A DNA stretch of 64,000 bases. Source: Vezdaea acicularis (taxonomy: Eukaryota). Positions 50,889 to 63,323 of the stretch are shown here, piece after piece (position 1 is the stretch's first letter; every line of letters starts with the position of its first letter). The position numbers and the translations under genes are program-made. The stretch is taken from assembly GCA_026025075.1 (NCBI GenBank), contig JAPEUI010000021.1, positions 124,001-188,000 of the forward strand. Reading direction: 5' to 3'. The notes below the pieces were generated by a model. That model worked only from the letters and a program-made list of their open reading frames with translations, had not been told where the DNA came from and did no database searches.

Positions 50889-53063
50889 TCACGTCGCCTC
50901 CGCCCCATTCGCAAACCAGTTCCAATCCTCCCGAAGATCCAGATCCACCATCGAGGCCCAATCCGTGCCCAGCTGATTCCTAGACTCATCCTCCGAGAGC
51001 GGCTGTAAGTAGCTATCAAAGGAGACGAGCGGATCCGCATTAGGCTGCACGAGGGACTCCTGCGCCGCCTCGGGCGGCGTCGGCAACTGCTGCGTATGCT
51101 GCGAGGCCGGCGAGCAGCCTGTCGGTAGGCCAAAGCCCTTGCCGGGCTCGATGCGAATCTTACCGAAATAGGGAATGACGGCTTCGTAGCTATGCACGTC
51201 CTCCTCGCAGCCGTAGCGGGCGCCGCAAAAGTCCTCGAGCGTCCTGGCGGCCTGTGTGGCGACGCTGCAGACTTTCTCTTCGGAGACGCGCTTCAGATCC
51301 CGCGTGACGCTGTAGACGATCTCCCAGTCTTTCTCTTCTTGGGCGGTGTCGTGGGTTTGCGAGTACTCTGAGTAGCCGAGCAGGTTGAGGATGAGCACCA
51401 TGGCGGCGGTGAAGACCTGAAAGTCGACCACGTTGCAGACGGTGATGACTGGCCGGTTGCCGTCGCGCATGATCTGGTAGATCTTGACCATCTCTCTGGC
51501 TGACTCTAGTGTGGCCACTCTGCTGAAGTCGTAGCGGCGGTCCATGGGCGACTTGAGCATGAGTGGGAGATGAGTCAGCTTGCGGACGTTGTGATAGAGG
51601 AATTTGACGATAAGCATGTCGTAAATGGCGTCTAGAGGCATATGAGGGCCTGGTGAAGCATCCCACCATTCCGGTGGCATCAGCTTTCGACACTCCTCGA
51701 GTTCTTCGTCGAGTATCAGCGTCGAGGCCAGAGTTAATTTCTCTCGGTCTTGATTTCGGTCAATGAGGTGTCCGGTAATAACGCTGATCTTCCAGCAGAA
51801 TAGCTGGCCTACAACCCCAACAAAATCCCCATTCGTGACAAGTTTCGCGTCCATGTGTGACTCCAGCGCCGCGTAGGGAAGTCCTAACAGAAGCGATAGG
51901 TATCTATCACCCTGCCAGATCAATAGCCATGTAGCCTTCCTACGGCGAGCGAGCTGATCTCCTTGCCCTTGATGACGATGTAGTCTTAGAAGGAGGCCGA
52001 GACTTACAGCTCGACGGAAGATCAGCCACGCCTTGCGAGGTTTGCCTATGTTGACATAGAACTTGGCTACCAACATCAAGCACTCGAGCCCATCCAGAGT
52101 GCATGCGAAGCCCTCATCTGACGCAAGCAGTGTCTCTACCGAGGTGATGTAATGATCTTGAAGTGCCTCGGCAGGTGCAGGTAGCCTCGTCTGTGAAAAG
52201 TCGAACTTCCCCGGAAGTTGCTGGAGACACAACGCCAGACACAGCCATATCTTTGTATTCACGGCGACGTTGTCGGATTTAAGAGATTCATACATGAAAT
52301 CGAGGAGACTCTGGATCTGGCCCCTCTGTAAGCCGTCAAGTGTCACCTTGAATGCTTCTGGGAAGGTCTCCTCCCATAGCTTCCAAGAGTTTTGACTAGT
52401 TTGGATGATGAGAGTTAGATCAGTAGGAGTGGGTACCAACACCCGTAAGGCCTTGAGGACCCGAGCGTTCTTCTCTGATAGGGGCTGGTGCTTCTCAACG
52501 TCGAGCAGGCTGTGCTCGGCGCGGTGGCTTATGATGGCGTTGTCGAACAACGTCAATAAAGGTGCATTGTTCATGGGATGAGACGAGCCATAACTGGACT
52601 CCGAATTTTGTGATGATCGGGGTAGTTCCAGGGCCCCCGAGGGAGTGGCCGATACGTCTGCTTGGTTGATAGTCGAGGGAAGTAGCTCAGATCTGAGACA
52701 CTTAAGAGCCTCGGCGGCATCCATCTCTGAGTCTCCCACGTTCACCAAGGGTGCAGGGGCTCTCCCGTCCCTTCCATCCTTCCCGTCAAGCTTTGTAAGT
52801 AGTTGGCTTATAACGCCTTCCAGTTCTGCCATCCGTTCGCGAACATTCTTCGCTTTGTCCACCCTGTTAGACTTAGCACTACTGTACTGCTGATCAACAC
52901 ATGCTGTCCCCCGAGAGGTGCATTCATTGCATATCCGAGCATTTTGAATGAAGACACAGCGGATCTTGCGCCGTCTGCATTCTAAACAGCTGTGGGTTCC
53001 CTTTCGTATCTTCTTTCGAGGTCCCCCAACCTCTGAATCCGTAGAGGGGGTCGAGATCATCAT
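50889..53063 (-). CDS. Zn(II)2Cys6 fungal transcription factor
   Basis: RKGTHSCLECRRRKIRC...CNECTSRGTAC binuclear cluster plus the fungal-specific TF middle region (LGLLLRLHR, DRYLSLLLGLPY). First in-frame ATG at 53063; a possible intron-split ATG at 53173. Confidence 0.93.
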   Translation of the reverse strand: MMISTPSTDSEVGGPRKKIRKGTHSCLECRRRKIRCVFIQNARICNECTSRGTACVDQQYSSAKSNRVDKAKNVRERMAELEGVISQLLTKLDGKDGRDGRAPAPLVNVGDSEMDAAEALKCLRSELLPSTINQADVSATPSGALELPRSSQNSESSYGSSHPMNNAPLLTLFDNAIISHRAEHSLLDVEKHQPLSEKNARVLKALRVLVPTPTDLTLIIQTSQNSWKLWEETFPEAFKVTLDGLQRGQIQSLLDFMYESLKSDNVAVNTKIWLCLALCLQQLPGKFDFSQTRLPAPAEALQDHYITSVETLLASDEGFACTLDGLECLMLVAKFYVNIGKPRKAWLIFRRAVSLGLLLRLHRHQGQGDQLARRRKATWLLIWQGDRYLSLLLGLPYAALESHMDAKLVTNGDFVGVVGQLFCWKISVITGHLIDRNQDREKLTLASTLILDEELEECRKLMPPEWWDASPGPHMPLDAIYDMLIVKFLYHNVRKLTHLPLMLKSPMDRRYDFSRVATLESAREMVKIYQIMRDGNRPVITVCNVVDFQVFTAAMVLILNLLGYSEYSQTHDTAQEEKDWEIVYSVTRDLKRVSEEKVCSVATQAARTLEDFCGARYGCEEDVHSYEAVIPYFGKIRIEPGKGFGLPTGCSPASQHTQQLPTPPEAAQESLVQPNADPLVSFDSYLQPLSEDESRNQLGTDWASMVDLDLREDWNWFANGAEAT

Positions 53064-54096
53064 CTCGGAGGGTGTACTGCCGGAATATATCCTAGTGGAT
53101 AAGAGGCTGCCAGCAGGTGTCAGCAACCAATCAAGATGACGGTAAGCACGGACGAACTGAGAGAGCGTTACATTTTCAGGCCAATCTTTGGCTCCTCTCT
53201 CCAGCGCACCCTGGGTTTTTCAGCCTCTTAGTCTCTCTAACGTCTTCGGATACTCTAGGGGTAATTTGAAGGTTTGGTTGAAGTCGAAGAGATAGACGGA
53301 AGGGACAACAAAGCGCTCAGTCCATTACGCAGCTCTTTACGCCTGAAGGAAGCTATGCGGGGTGGGTTTGGCGCGGACAGCCGTAGGCGACTTCGTCAGC
53401 TTTTTAGCGGAACCGTTTCTTCACTTCCGATTACCAATCACACTAAGTACGACATCATCAAGAGATCAAGATTCATACGCTGTATTTCTATACTATAGAG
53501 ATCGTCTAGTTATTCAGCTTCCATGTCTGAGCCTAGGACGACACTCTCGGTTTTCGTGCTTAGATTGCTATCCACGTAACGCTTGATGTCTCCCTCGGAC
53601 GAATTTGGTCCGTTTCACAGCTGCTAGTACTATCGGAGATTCTCTCGAATCTCCGATCGATAGATTCAACTCAAAATCTCTCATCCCTACTATTAAAGTT
53701 TCATAGATCATCTAGGGTTTGGTAGATCTAATTTTTGCTGCTTCATGGACTGTTTTGAATTGGCCGTTGGGAATGCCAATGTTTCCCTTCTCTAACTTAA
53801 CGCTTTCTCTTAATATCTGCCCGAACGGATACGGTAATTTTCGTGTTCATTTTGCCTTTACCATGAATACGCCGCTGCACGGAACGGAGATCTATTCTTT
53901 ATTATTTCTTAGTTCTAGGCCATAGGCTACTCTACAATAACAACCAATTCCATATTATGCATCTAAGTGAGAATGAATCCTCCCCTGGACAAAGCCAGTC
54001 GATAGGTCCTTACCTTTTGGCCCTAAAACGCCAGACGCGAAGTACCGAAGAGAGTTATTGTCTATTTCGGGAAGCACCATTCTAAGCTATATAGAT

Positions 54097-55857
54097 CTAA
54101 CCACCGCCCATTGCAGCCGAAGCATCGATCTTTCTCCAAGGCGCGAAGAATGAAGCTATCAGCGATACGCCTGCCAAGGCAATGCCAAGGGCATAGGCAA
54201 CCCGAAGACCGTCCAGGTAACTCAGGAGGATACCTGGAATGTCCGCTGAGTCAAAGGTTTCTCGGAGCTGAGTTGCGCCCGTTGCGACGACCTTTGCCGC
54301 ATCGACGTGGGGAGCGTTACTAGCTAGGCTTGAGACCAGTTTATTGGCAAACGCTGTTTGCGCCGCGGAGACGAAGAAGCTGCCACCTATAGTTTGGAAG
54401 ACTAAAGTTTATGTTAGATCTAAAGAAGCTTAGCCAAGGTGACGGAACCACTTACAGAGAACGACGGCTGTGATGGCCGAGATGTCGGTAGGCGCAACGG
54501 TTGACTGCGCAACGATGACTGGAATTTGTAGGCCAAGCCCCAGCCCGACACCGACCACCACTTGGAATCCGATCCAGTGCGAGGATGCAGTATTGATTCC
54601 CAGTGTATAGATCAAGCCACTTCCAACAGTCGCTAGGATGGAGGCAATGATCATAAGGGGTACATAGTGACCATATACGGTAATCAGTCCGCCGGATACG
54701 ATTGTAAACAAAGACGCCGCAATAACGAGCGGGATGTTGCGAATTCCACTCTGTGATGGTGAAGTGCCGTCAACGGACTGGAAATATATTGGCAGGTAGT
54801 AGAGTAACATGAAGAAGGATCCGGCGAGGAAGACGACATAAACGCAGACCACGATGATTATCCTCTTCTTAAGGAGTCGGCCTTGAAGAAGTGCTCGTTC
54901 ACCCATAAGAACTTCGATAACAATGAAGGCAATGATTAGAAGCACAAAGCCGACGAGCGTACCGATCACATCAGCACTGCCCCAGGACTTCGTGACTCCT
55001 CCCCATTGAAGAGCTAGCAAGTAGCAGACAACGGCAGCCATAATGGTGAAAGTGCCGAGAAGGTCCATCTGGAGTAATTTCTCCTTCAAGTCGGCTTTGA
55101 TGGGGTCTGCGGATCTAGGTGCGACGAAAGTGAAGAGGATGATCGCAGCCGAGACACCTCCAATTGGCAAGTTGATATAGAAACACCATCGCCAGCTAAT
55201 CTTCTCGGTGAATACACCTCCCAAGAGAGGTCCTATTACGCTGGCACATCCATAGGTAGCGCCAAGCAGCCCAGTAAACGCCGGTCGCTGTTTAGGAGGC
55301 GCGCTAAATGCAATGATAGTATAGGCTCCAGATGCGATACCAGCACCGCCGGCACCAGCAACAGCCCTGCCGACAATGAGAGTCGTGCTGCTGTTGGCGA
55401 CTGCACAGATCAAGCTGCCAAGCTCAAAAATGAAGATGCTGATCAGAAAGGAGATTTTGATCGGGAAGTATTTATATACCTTCCCCCATGTGCTTTGGAA
55501 GGAGGCTAGGGTGAGAAAGAATGCTGAGCCATACCATCCGACTTGATTTAGGGAATGGAATTGGTCCGTAATTCGAGGAATGGCGGTCGCAACGATTGTC
55601 ATGTCCAGAGAGACAAGAAAGATGGAGAGAATTAGGGCGACGACGATAGCCACGAGTTTGAAGGACTTAGGATACTCGGTCTCATCTACGGGAGTGGGCT
55701 CGGGTACAGGCGTCTCTACGCCTGCCTCGAGCGCTTTTGCATCTTTCTCGGAATTGGAACGAGAAAGCGGTCGTGATTCGCCGATCGCTCCATTGAGCAT
55801 GCTGGATTTCGTCGTGGACGTCTCGCTTGGAAGTACTGGCTGCTCCTTCTCCGCCAT
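54097..55857 (-). CDS. MFS drug:H+ antiporter, DHA14/DHA2 family (AflT/GliA-like toxin efflux pump)
   Basis: Exons 55857-54456 and 54401-54097. Motifs FLVSLDMTIVATAIPRITDQF, WYGSAFFLT, WRWCFYINLPIGG, YYLPIYFQSV and F|FQTIGGSFFVSAAQTAF. Confidence 0.94.
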
Positions 55858-56200
55858 TGTGGAGGACTGAGCAGAAGCGTCTTGGTAGAACTTCTGCGGA
55901 GACACAACGGCTGAGAGACGCGGCAGATAAGGTCGTTTGACGGTGAGTCGGAATTGAGGTTAGAGGGCTATAGTAACAAACCCCGATATATATCAAACAG
56001 TCGGATGCTCCAAGAAGAAAGAAGAAATGAGAGTTGAAAAACCCAGAAGAGGGGAGATTTCTCTGACAGGTGTGGTTTTTACCTTGTCGTAAGGATCCTG
56101 TTGCGGGCAGAGGAAATGGCCTGACAACGGAATATGTAGTCTGTGATACCGAACCCCTGCAGCGTAAGCAGCCCCAAAATTTCGGTATTGCTTTGGTGCG

Positions 56201-56217
56201 CGGACAAGTTTCGTCCG
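56201..56217. promoter_or_regulatory. CGG-N11-CCG inverted repeat (Zn2Cys6-type site) upstream of the MFS gene
   Basis: CGGACaagtttcGTCCG, with further CGG/CCG pairs at 56272-56280, 56310-56327 and 56409-56422. Confidence 0.4.
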
Positions 56218-56805
56218 TAGCGAGCCCAATTGAGCAAGATGAGTCAGGCCCAAAGGGCGCATCTGACTGGCCCGAATCGGACTTACTGGGTGCGCATCAG
56301 TGGTTCGTCCGGACGCGCTAAGATCCGCGACGACTCATCTCTGCGGCAGATCGGCGAAGTCAATCATTAACTCCGACCTCATGATATCATCCGCTTTATG
56401 AAGATTCACGGATAGGGGGCCGCATCAATTCCTACTATTAATTAAACTCGAAATTATTGAGTCATGAACATGTTTTCAAGAAGTGTTGGAGACTGGTCGG
56501 GGTTGCGGATATCTCCTATTCAAATTCCGGCTCATTCTACTTGCTCGGTCCAAAAGCTCCAAATACGCTGATTGCGACCTTTATCGAATCCAATGTTTCA
56601 GCACGGGAGTGATTTCAAAATATAACATCAGTAATCAAACTACAAACGTATAGAATATCGTCAAATGCTGTAGGCGCCTTGTCCTGCGCCAGAGAGCCTT
56701 GCAGCTGGGTATCATAATTTGCCAAAACTCCACCGATGCCCAACCCGGAGCCGAAGACCAACCAATTGCCTATCAGCGACTTCTCAAAACGCCGCATCAT
56801 CGCCA

Positions 56806-59800
56806 TCAATCACTGTCCCTGATGTGCCCCTCCGATGCCATAATCACCTCCTTCCTTGCTCTGTAAAACCTTTCCAAACAACTGCGCCGTTGCTCTTGTG
56901 TCCATCCCTCGACTACTAAGGCGAACTCAACGGCATCGGCAAACCCAAAATGTCGTGCCATGGTACAGAACTGCCTTTTCATCACGTCTCTCGGTGGGTG
57001 GTACCTGTAATTGATGGGCTGTTGCGGATTTAGACCCTTACTTCGCTCGCGCTGTGGTGAGCTGGAGAGAGTAGGTGAGAGGGGACCATGTTGGCTTTGT
57101 GCGAAAACGTGTTGTTCAGCTCCGTCGTGACCCTTGTCCGCCTGTTCGGCGTAACGCGAGAGCTGCGCTTCGACTTTGGAGCTTCCGACGACCTCAGAGT
57201 TTTCGTGTGTATATTCAACCCCAGCCCTCGCAAGGATGGCCGCGATGGGATCCGCCTTTTTCATGATTTTCATGGTCTGCATTGTCTTTTTCCCTTCAGC
57301 CTCCTCTGTGATAAAAGTAGCTAGCTGACTCATGGCGCTCTCCTGATTCTCGCCCTTCATGAAATCGTCATCCTCCTTTAGTGCTTCTTCTAGGTCAAGT
57401 CCAACCACATCGACGCCAGCTTTAGATTCTGCAACGTTAGTTTTGTTTACGATATTTCGTAGGACAACATTATCAGCTTGGAAGGAGAAAAGATTTTTCA
57501 TGCCAAAAATTTCGCCCTTTTTGTCGCTCTTCTCTTGGACTCCTGTAAAATATCGCCGTTCTGTTGACGCGTTATAGCCAATGTTTGCTTGCTGCTGCTT
57601 GTAGATTTGGCGGGCATATACAATCTCCTCGATCGTGCCAGCAGAGACAAGGCGAAAGACCTCTACGTCTCTGACCTGGCCAATTCGATAGGCACGATCC
57701 TGGGCCTGTAGATCGTAGCTTGGATTCCAGTTAGGATCCATGATGACAACTTTGTTTGCAGATGTGATATTCAAGCCAACACCGCCTGCCCTTGTGGATA
57801 TTAGAAAAACGAACTGGGTATCATCAGCATTAAAGTTGGCCACGGTCTGAGCACGGTCTATGTAGCTCATGCCTCCATCAAGGTAACTGACGTTATAGCT
57901 CGTATGATTGAATAAAATTTGCAGCATCTTCAGGAATCGAACACTGTGCGAGAAAACTAGGACTTTATCACCATTGCCATGCCAAAACCTTAAGAGTTTC
58001 TTCAGTATCTTCCACTTTCCACAGAATTCTGGGTTGGAGAAGTTCAAGATTGAATCGCGATTTCGGAAGAGTTCTCTCCATTTGTTCGGAAGAGCTATCT
58101 GAAGAGCCTCTAGATCTTTTGCTTGCTTCTCCTTTGGATCTGCCCCCTGCGGTATTAGTATAGCGAGGTGATTGCTAAGCTTCTGAAGGTTACTGATGGC
58201 TGGAAAGACAAAGTCCTGCCATTTCCTTCCATCTTCGAGGGTCGCGTAACAGCACCAACCCCTTTTCTTCTTCGAATCGCAATCGCAAAGCTCGCTTGAC
58301 CTTCGAATGGCATCGACAGGTTCGCTATCCAGAAACAGCTCGTACGCATCTCTTTGCGTTGTGGTGAGAGGGCAAAAGACAACCTTGTCACTCTTCTTGG
58401 GCAGCTGGTGCGCGATGAGACTCTTCATTCTTCGAAGGAAAAACTCGGGTAGAAGATTTTGGACCAATTTTCTTGCAGTCTCTCGAGCTCTACGGAGTTC
58501 ATAAACAGTTGCATCATGTGATTGTCCAATCTTCAGGGGCTCGCTGATGCTCGCCGTCCACGTGCTACAAGGCCCAAATCGTCCCGGATTCGTCCAGTTA
58601 AGAAGCGTCCACAGCTCTTCGTATTTGTTTTGTATAGCTGTACCGGTAAGACCTATACGACACAAGGCATTTATCTCATTCATTGCCTGCGTGATTTCTG
58701 ACGACCTCTCCTTGATAATTTGGCATTCATCAGCGATTACACAATCCCACTCGATCATGTTGATTCGGTCCTTGTTTAGACGGTATGTTGCATAGGTCGT
58801 AATCATGATTTCCGTTCGGCCTGTCCTCGCAGTCTCAATGGCAGCCTCTTTGGAGTCTCCATAGAAGATATCGACGTGCCAATATCCCCATTGGTCAAGC
58901 TCAGCTTTCCAGTTTTCCATCAGACCACCAGGGCATATCACCAACGCGCGTGGATACCATGGCACACGCGGTGATCTTCTCATTTTCCGCATTCGTTTGA
59001 CATCTCGTTCATCTCCGGTTTTTCCAAAAGCCACGGTTAGGAAGGCAATGACTTGGATCGTCTTCCCAAGGCCCATATCGTCTCCAAGAATTCCTCCTTT
59101 TTGATAGACAAACAATTCGTGAAGGAACTCAACGCCCTTCACTTGGTAGTCTCGAAGCCATTGTGCGATCGGCGCGGGTATTAGCCCCAATGAGTATGGG
59201 AGAATGATGTCTTTGTATTGCGCTGGTGGCCTGATTTTACGATTCTGGAAATCAGGTCGCTCTCTCACAATCTCCAACCTCTCATCATCTGAGAAGTGAA
59301 TATCATCGTAGCTTGGTGGAAGCTTCAAGCCGGCGGTCTCCAGCTTAGTTCGATTTAGTTCAAAATCATTACGTCGTCTGTGCACATATTTAGGGATATA
59401 TGCCTCTATCGAGTCATCTTCCGAATCGTTGCCAGAGTTCTTGAGCCCTCTCTTTCGACCTTTCGTACCTTGTTGACCATTTAAACGTGGCTGTGCAGCT
59501 TCGGCCTTCGATTTCCTTGTCCTGGCGGCAGCTCGCTTCCTCTTCAACGATTTCCGATTTTTGAATTTAGAGTATGCGTCCTCCCCCTCATCGTCAGACC
59601 ATTCAACCCTCTCAACTAGGGTATCTTGATCTGTTTCAGTCGATTGTTGGTCTTCTCCAGACTGGTTTTCTGAGTCAAGTTTGACTATGCTTGGAGTTTG
59701 CGACGAAAGTCAGCATCATGACGAGGGTGGAGCAAAAGCGGATATGTCAAACCATCAATGTACCGATCTGTGTCTATAAGCTCCTTTCCTTTTTCCGTTA

Positions 59801-59903
59801 TAATCCTGCTACCTGCGTCGTTCTCACTATCGTCTATCTCCCAACAGGCGCCCATCTCGTTCGGTGCCTCGTAAATGGGTGCATTTAAGCGGGGTGATTT
59901 CAT
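56806..59903 (-). CDS. ERCC6L2: ERCC6L2/Rad26-like SNF2-family DNA-dependent ATPase
   Basis: The main exon 59684-56806 is open upstream of the ORF-track start; probable intron 59752-59685; start uncertain (59972, 59903 or 59855). Motifs LRDYQ, GGILGDDMGLGKT, LTGTAIQN, QAQDRAYRIGQ and a C-terminal YTHENSEVVGSSKVE (VIGSSK domain). Confidence 0.9.
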
Positions 59904-60222
59904 GAGCGTTTTGTCGCTAAATATGAACGCGGTCTCTAACGCGAAAACATGTGACAAATTTGGTTCACTCATCAGCAATATCGAAGTGCGAAGCTGGTTC
60001 TATGATGGTCGTTACCAACGTTTTCTTCTGCTGATTGGAGACAAGTCGGTTTTGTCACTAGATCTTTGAAGCTTGATTATCGCTTGGGCTTCAAAACTGT
60101 TTCTTCCGTCCGTCCTTATTTTCCTTTGCGTTTTCTCTTCAATTTATTCCTTCTGGGGTGAAAGTCAGAGCCAAGATTGACTTCAAATAGCGTAAAGGAG
60201 GTGATATTTCTGGGAACTCAAG

Positions 60223-61032
60223 ATGGTTCTTGATAACTCGAGCTATTCTTTGGCGCTGCTGAGGTCGGATGGCCGACGATGGAACGAACTACGAAGGATC
60301 TACGCTCAGATATCAAGTCAAGCCGCCGCAGATGGGTCCAGCTATCTAGAGATGGGCAACACAAAAGTCATCTGCATTGTGACGGGACCTGCCGAAGGTA
60401 GAAGGGCACAAAGCACTACAGGCGGTCAGGCTGAAGTACGGGTGGAAATCAACATTGCAGGCTTCAGTGGAGTTGATAGGAAAAAGACTGGGAAGGGTGA
60501 CAAGTCTGTTCGAACTTTACCTTTCTTGAGACCCACTGATCTTATAAACTTTAGACGTACCTCTGAGATGCAATCTACGATCTCAAATACCTTCACGTCG
60601 GCAATATTAACCCATCTGTACCTGCACTCCTCGATTTCCATTGCACTCCACGTCTTATCGCAGGATGGAGCTTTACTTGCTGCTTGCATCAATGCCACTA
60701 CTCTCGCGCTCATCGATGCTGGAATCGCCCTGACAGACTATGTGGTGTCTTGTACGGCCGGCAGCACCTCCTCTCATAACAGCGCTGATGAGAACACGGA
60801 TCCGTTACTAGACCTGAATGGCCTGGAGGAGCAAGATTTACCGTTTCTTACCGTCGCCACCCTTGGGGCCGGGGAAAAAGTGAGCATGCTAATAATGGAG
60901 ACAAGAGTCCAGCTGGAGCGACTAGAAAGCATGCTGGCAGTGGGGGTCGACGGGTGCAAACAAATTCGGGAGATCCTGGATTCAGTGGTCAAGAGGCATG
61001 GGAAAAAGATGTTGAGTGGCGCAATTAGATGA
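60223..61032 (+). CDS. SKI6: Exosome complex component Rrp41/Ski6 (RNase PH-like)
   Basis: Motifs LRSDGRRWNELR, ADGSSYLEMGNTKV, LSQDGALLAACINATTLALIDAG and DPLLDLNGLEE. Probable 51-nt intron at 60504-60554. Confidence 0.95.
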   Translation: MVLDNSSYSLALLRSDGRRWNELRRIYAQISSQAAADGSSYLEMGNTKVICIVTGPAEGRRAQSTTGGQAEVRVEINIAGFSGVDRKKTGKGDKSVRTLPFLRPTDLINFRRTSEMQSTISNTFTSAILTHLYLHSSISIALHVLSQDGALLAACINATTLALIDAGIALTDYVVSCTAGSTSSHNSADENTDPLLDLNGLEEQDLPFLTVATLGAGEKVSMLIMETRVQLERLESMLAVGVDGCKQIREILDSVVKRHGKKMLSGAIR

Positions 61033-63323
61033 TGATAAATGGAAAGGGAACTCTCTTCATTACACTTAGCCAGATCCGGTGGTGGGCACTTCGATATGCA
61101 GCGTGCGTTATATGCGCCAATCGCAAGGAACACAATGCAAAGGCTTTCGACTTAGGAGCCAAGTAAGATACGCTTATGCAAAAAGAGCTCTGACAGCTCC
61201 TCAGGTGCCTCCCTCCAAGTTCTGTATCAGCTGGAAGCCACAATTTCAACTACGCAGTGGCCTCATGCTAGGGATCTGCTCTGCTGACTACGAGCTTCTG
61301 TTTTCCTCAGCCGGAGGAAGCTCGCATCGGGCTCTCAGCGAATCTAGTTCATGCCAGACCACACCACACATGAACCTTGTGGAAATATCCTGTCTCATAT
61401 TAGACCCCTGGCCTTATAAGAAGACCATTGTGACGAAATTCCGGGGTAATGTCCAATTGGTATCCCCTCATCGACGCTGGGATTTCTAGCCGAGGTTCTA
61501 CCCAATGCGCGCCAAGGTCCCCTGCAACAGCTTGCGCCACCCGAATGCTCGCGCAGAATCTGCTGGCGGAGCTCGGGCGACTCCGCCTATGCGCCCAGAT
61601 CTTCATTTTTCGAGTTGGAAGAATCACGGCAAGCTCCTGGCCTAAATGGGCTTTGCAATGCCGGACTGGGGGACGGAGTTCCGCGACAAGAAGTCTCTTC
61701 ACAGAAAAGGAAATTGTCAGTGGTTCATGCCACTCTCGATGTGACGCTGTACCTGGACCTTACGAGGGTAACGAAGATGATCTTCAGCGGCAGGCCCGCA
61801 TCTCATCTCGAGCAACTTGTCACGAGACCATATGAGAGGTCGTCTACACCTGCCGCCCGACACGTCTATGCGTGCAAGAAAATCTGGGACAGGTCGCACG
61901 ACTACCGCTGCTGATTCTGGCTTATTGTGAGCATCTTCACAAGCTTACGTTCCTTCGCAGAGCCCTGCGTTAGATACGAGACGTCACAAACTAAACACTT
62001 TGAATAATTGATCACTATAATGGGAGTGAGCTGAAGGATCTCGAATACGCCCATCCTCCGAACACGCCGGCGTCGTCCACGGGTTCAATCTGTCGAGCAG
62101 GTGGACCGTTTGCCTCGGCCATTCGCGCTACCACTTGCTCGCAGCGATGCGCTGCGCCGATTGGTAGCCGACGGAGGCTTATCATAACCATCCCACCACG
62201 GAAAAGATGGGGGAGCACCAATTATACAAGTCCGTCGACCCCCCCACAATGAGCGAATGGTGCAGACTAAGACCGCAGATCGTCAGCGAAACTCGATGGA
62301 CGGCAAAGGAGAGTCTGGCACACGGAGCTAGACCATCAAAGCCCTTTTCTGGAAGGTGGTCGGCCGATGCGCGTGAGACTACTTGGTGCGTGAGACGACG
62401 GCGAGGTACGGCGACTTTTGCGGTGCGACCAGCGCGACTCTAGATGACAAGAGACTGTAATAAGTCGCATGTTGCACGACGAACTTTACTGTGGCAACTG
62501 ATCCAAGGGTAGATACTGCCGTTTGGCACTGGGACCAGCAACGTCCATAGCGTCGAAGCGGCTGTCACGCTCGGCCGCCCTTCACTCTTTCAACCACGGA
62601 AACGTTAGGTTACCATTATCGACTTCGCCAAGCCCGTCTAAATAGTTCCTCCATGGCGACCGAGATCCATCGTCTCAAATGGGTTCATCTCGTCGACCTG
62701 GCGGGAGTGCGCAATTGCTTTTTTCGCTCTTGTCCACCTCTCAATCTCAGGCCGACCGTGACCTCGACCTTTCCCACGGGAATTATCTCTCGGGTTGCCA
62801 CAGGACGCGGCTGCCTATCTCGAAATGGCCTTAGTCCCGTCGCTTCGGCCTGCTCACTTCCCGTACCAAGCCACTGTGAGCCTAGGGTTGGCAATAGCTT
62901 GCGCCTGTGGCAGGAAGCTGGCCATGTCCGTTGGCGAACTCCGACCGCCCCTCTCACTTTCTCACTCCAATCGCAGTCGCATTGGGGCCGACTCCGACCC
63001 TGACATCTACATTGCCCCACCCATACCGTTGGTAGCTCCTCTGCACCTGTCGGACACGCTATCTGCCAAAGCTTATCAGTCTCTCTTCAGCGTTGCCATG
63101 GACTCGTCGACCGCCGGGCCCAGCTACTCGGGCAAGGGTGATCGGCGCCCTCCTACGGTATGGATGCGATCGGTCCTACTTCTATATAATCGCCATCTCC
63201 TCCGGCCTGTCCAGATCTCGAAGTATAGAACATCTCTTCCTCGCGCAACTAGTTACCTGTGACCTTGCCGCATCCCTTCACAGCTAAAGCCACACGGACA
63301 AGCCGCGATCAGTCACTGTCGCA

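Noticed and set aside
61079..62443. Several 60-136 aa ORFs between RRP41 and the permease
   Set aside because: No recognisable motifs or codon bias; likely UTR and promoter.
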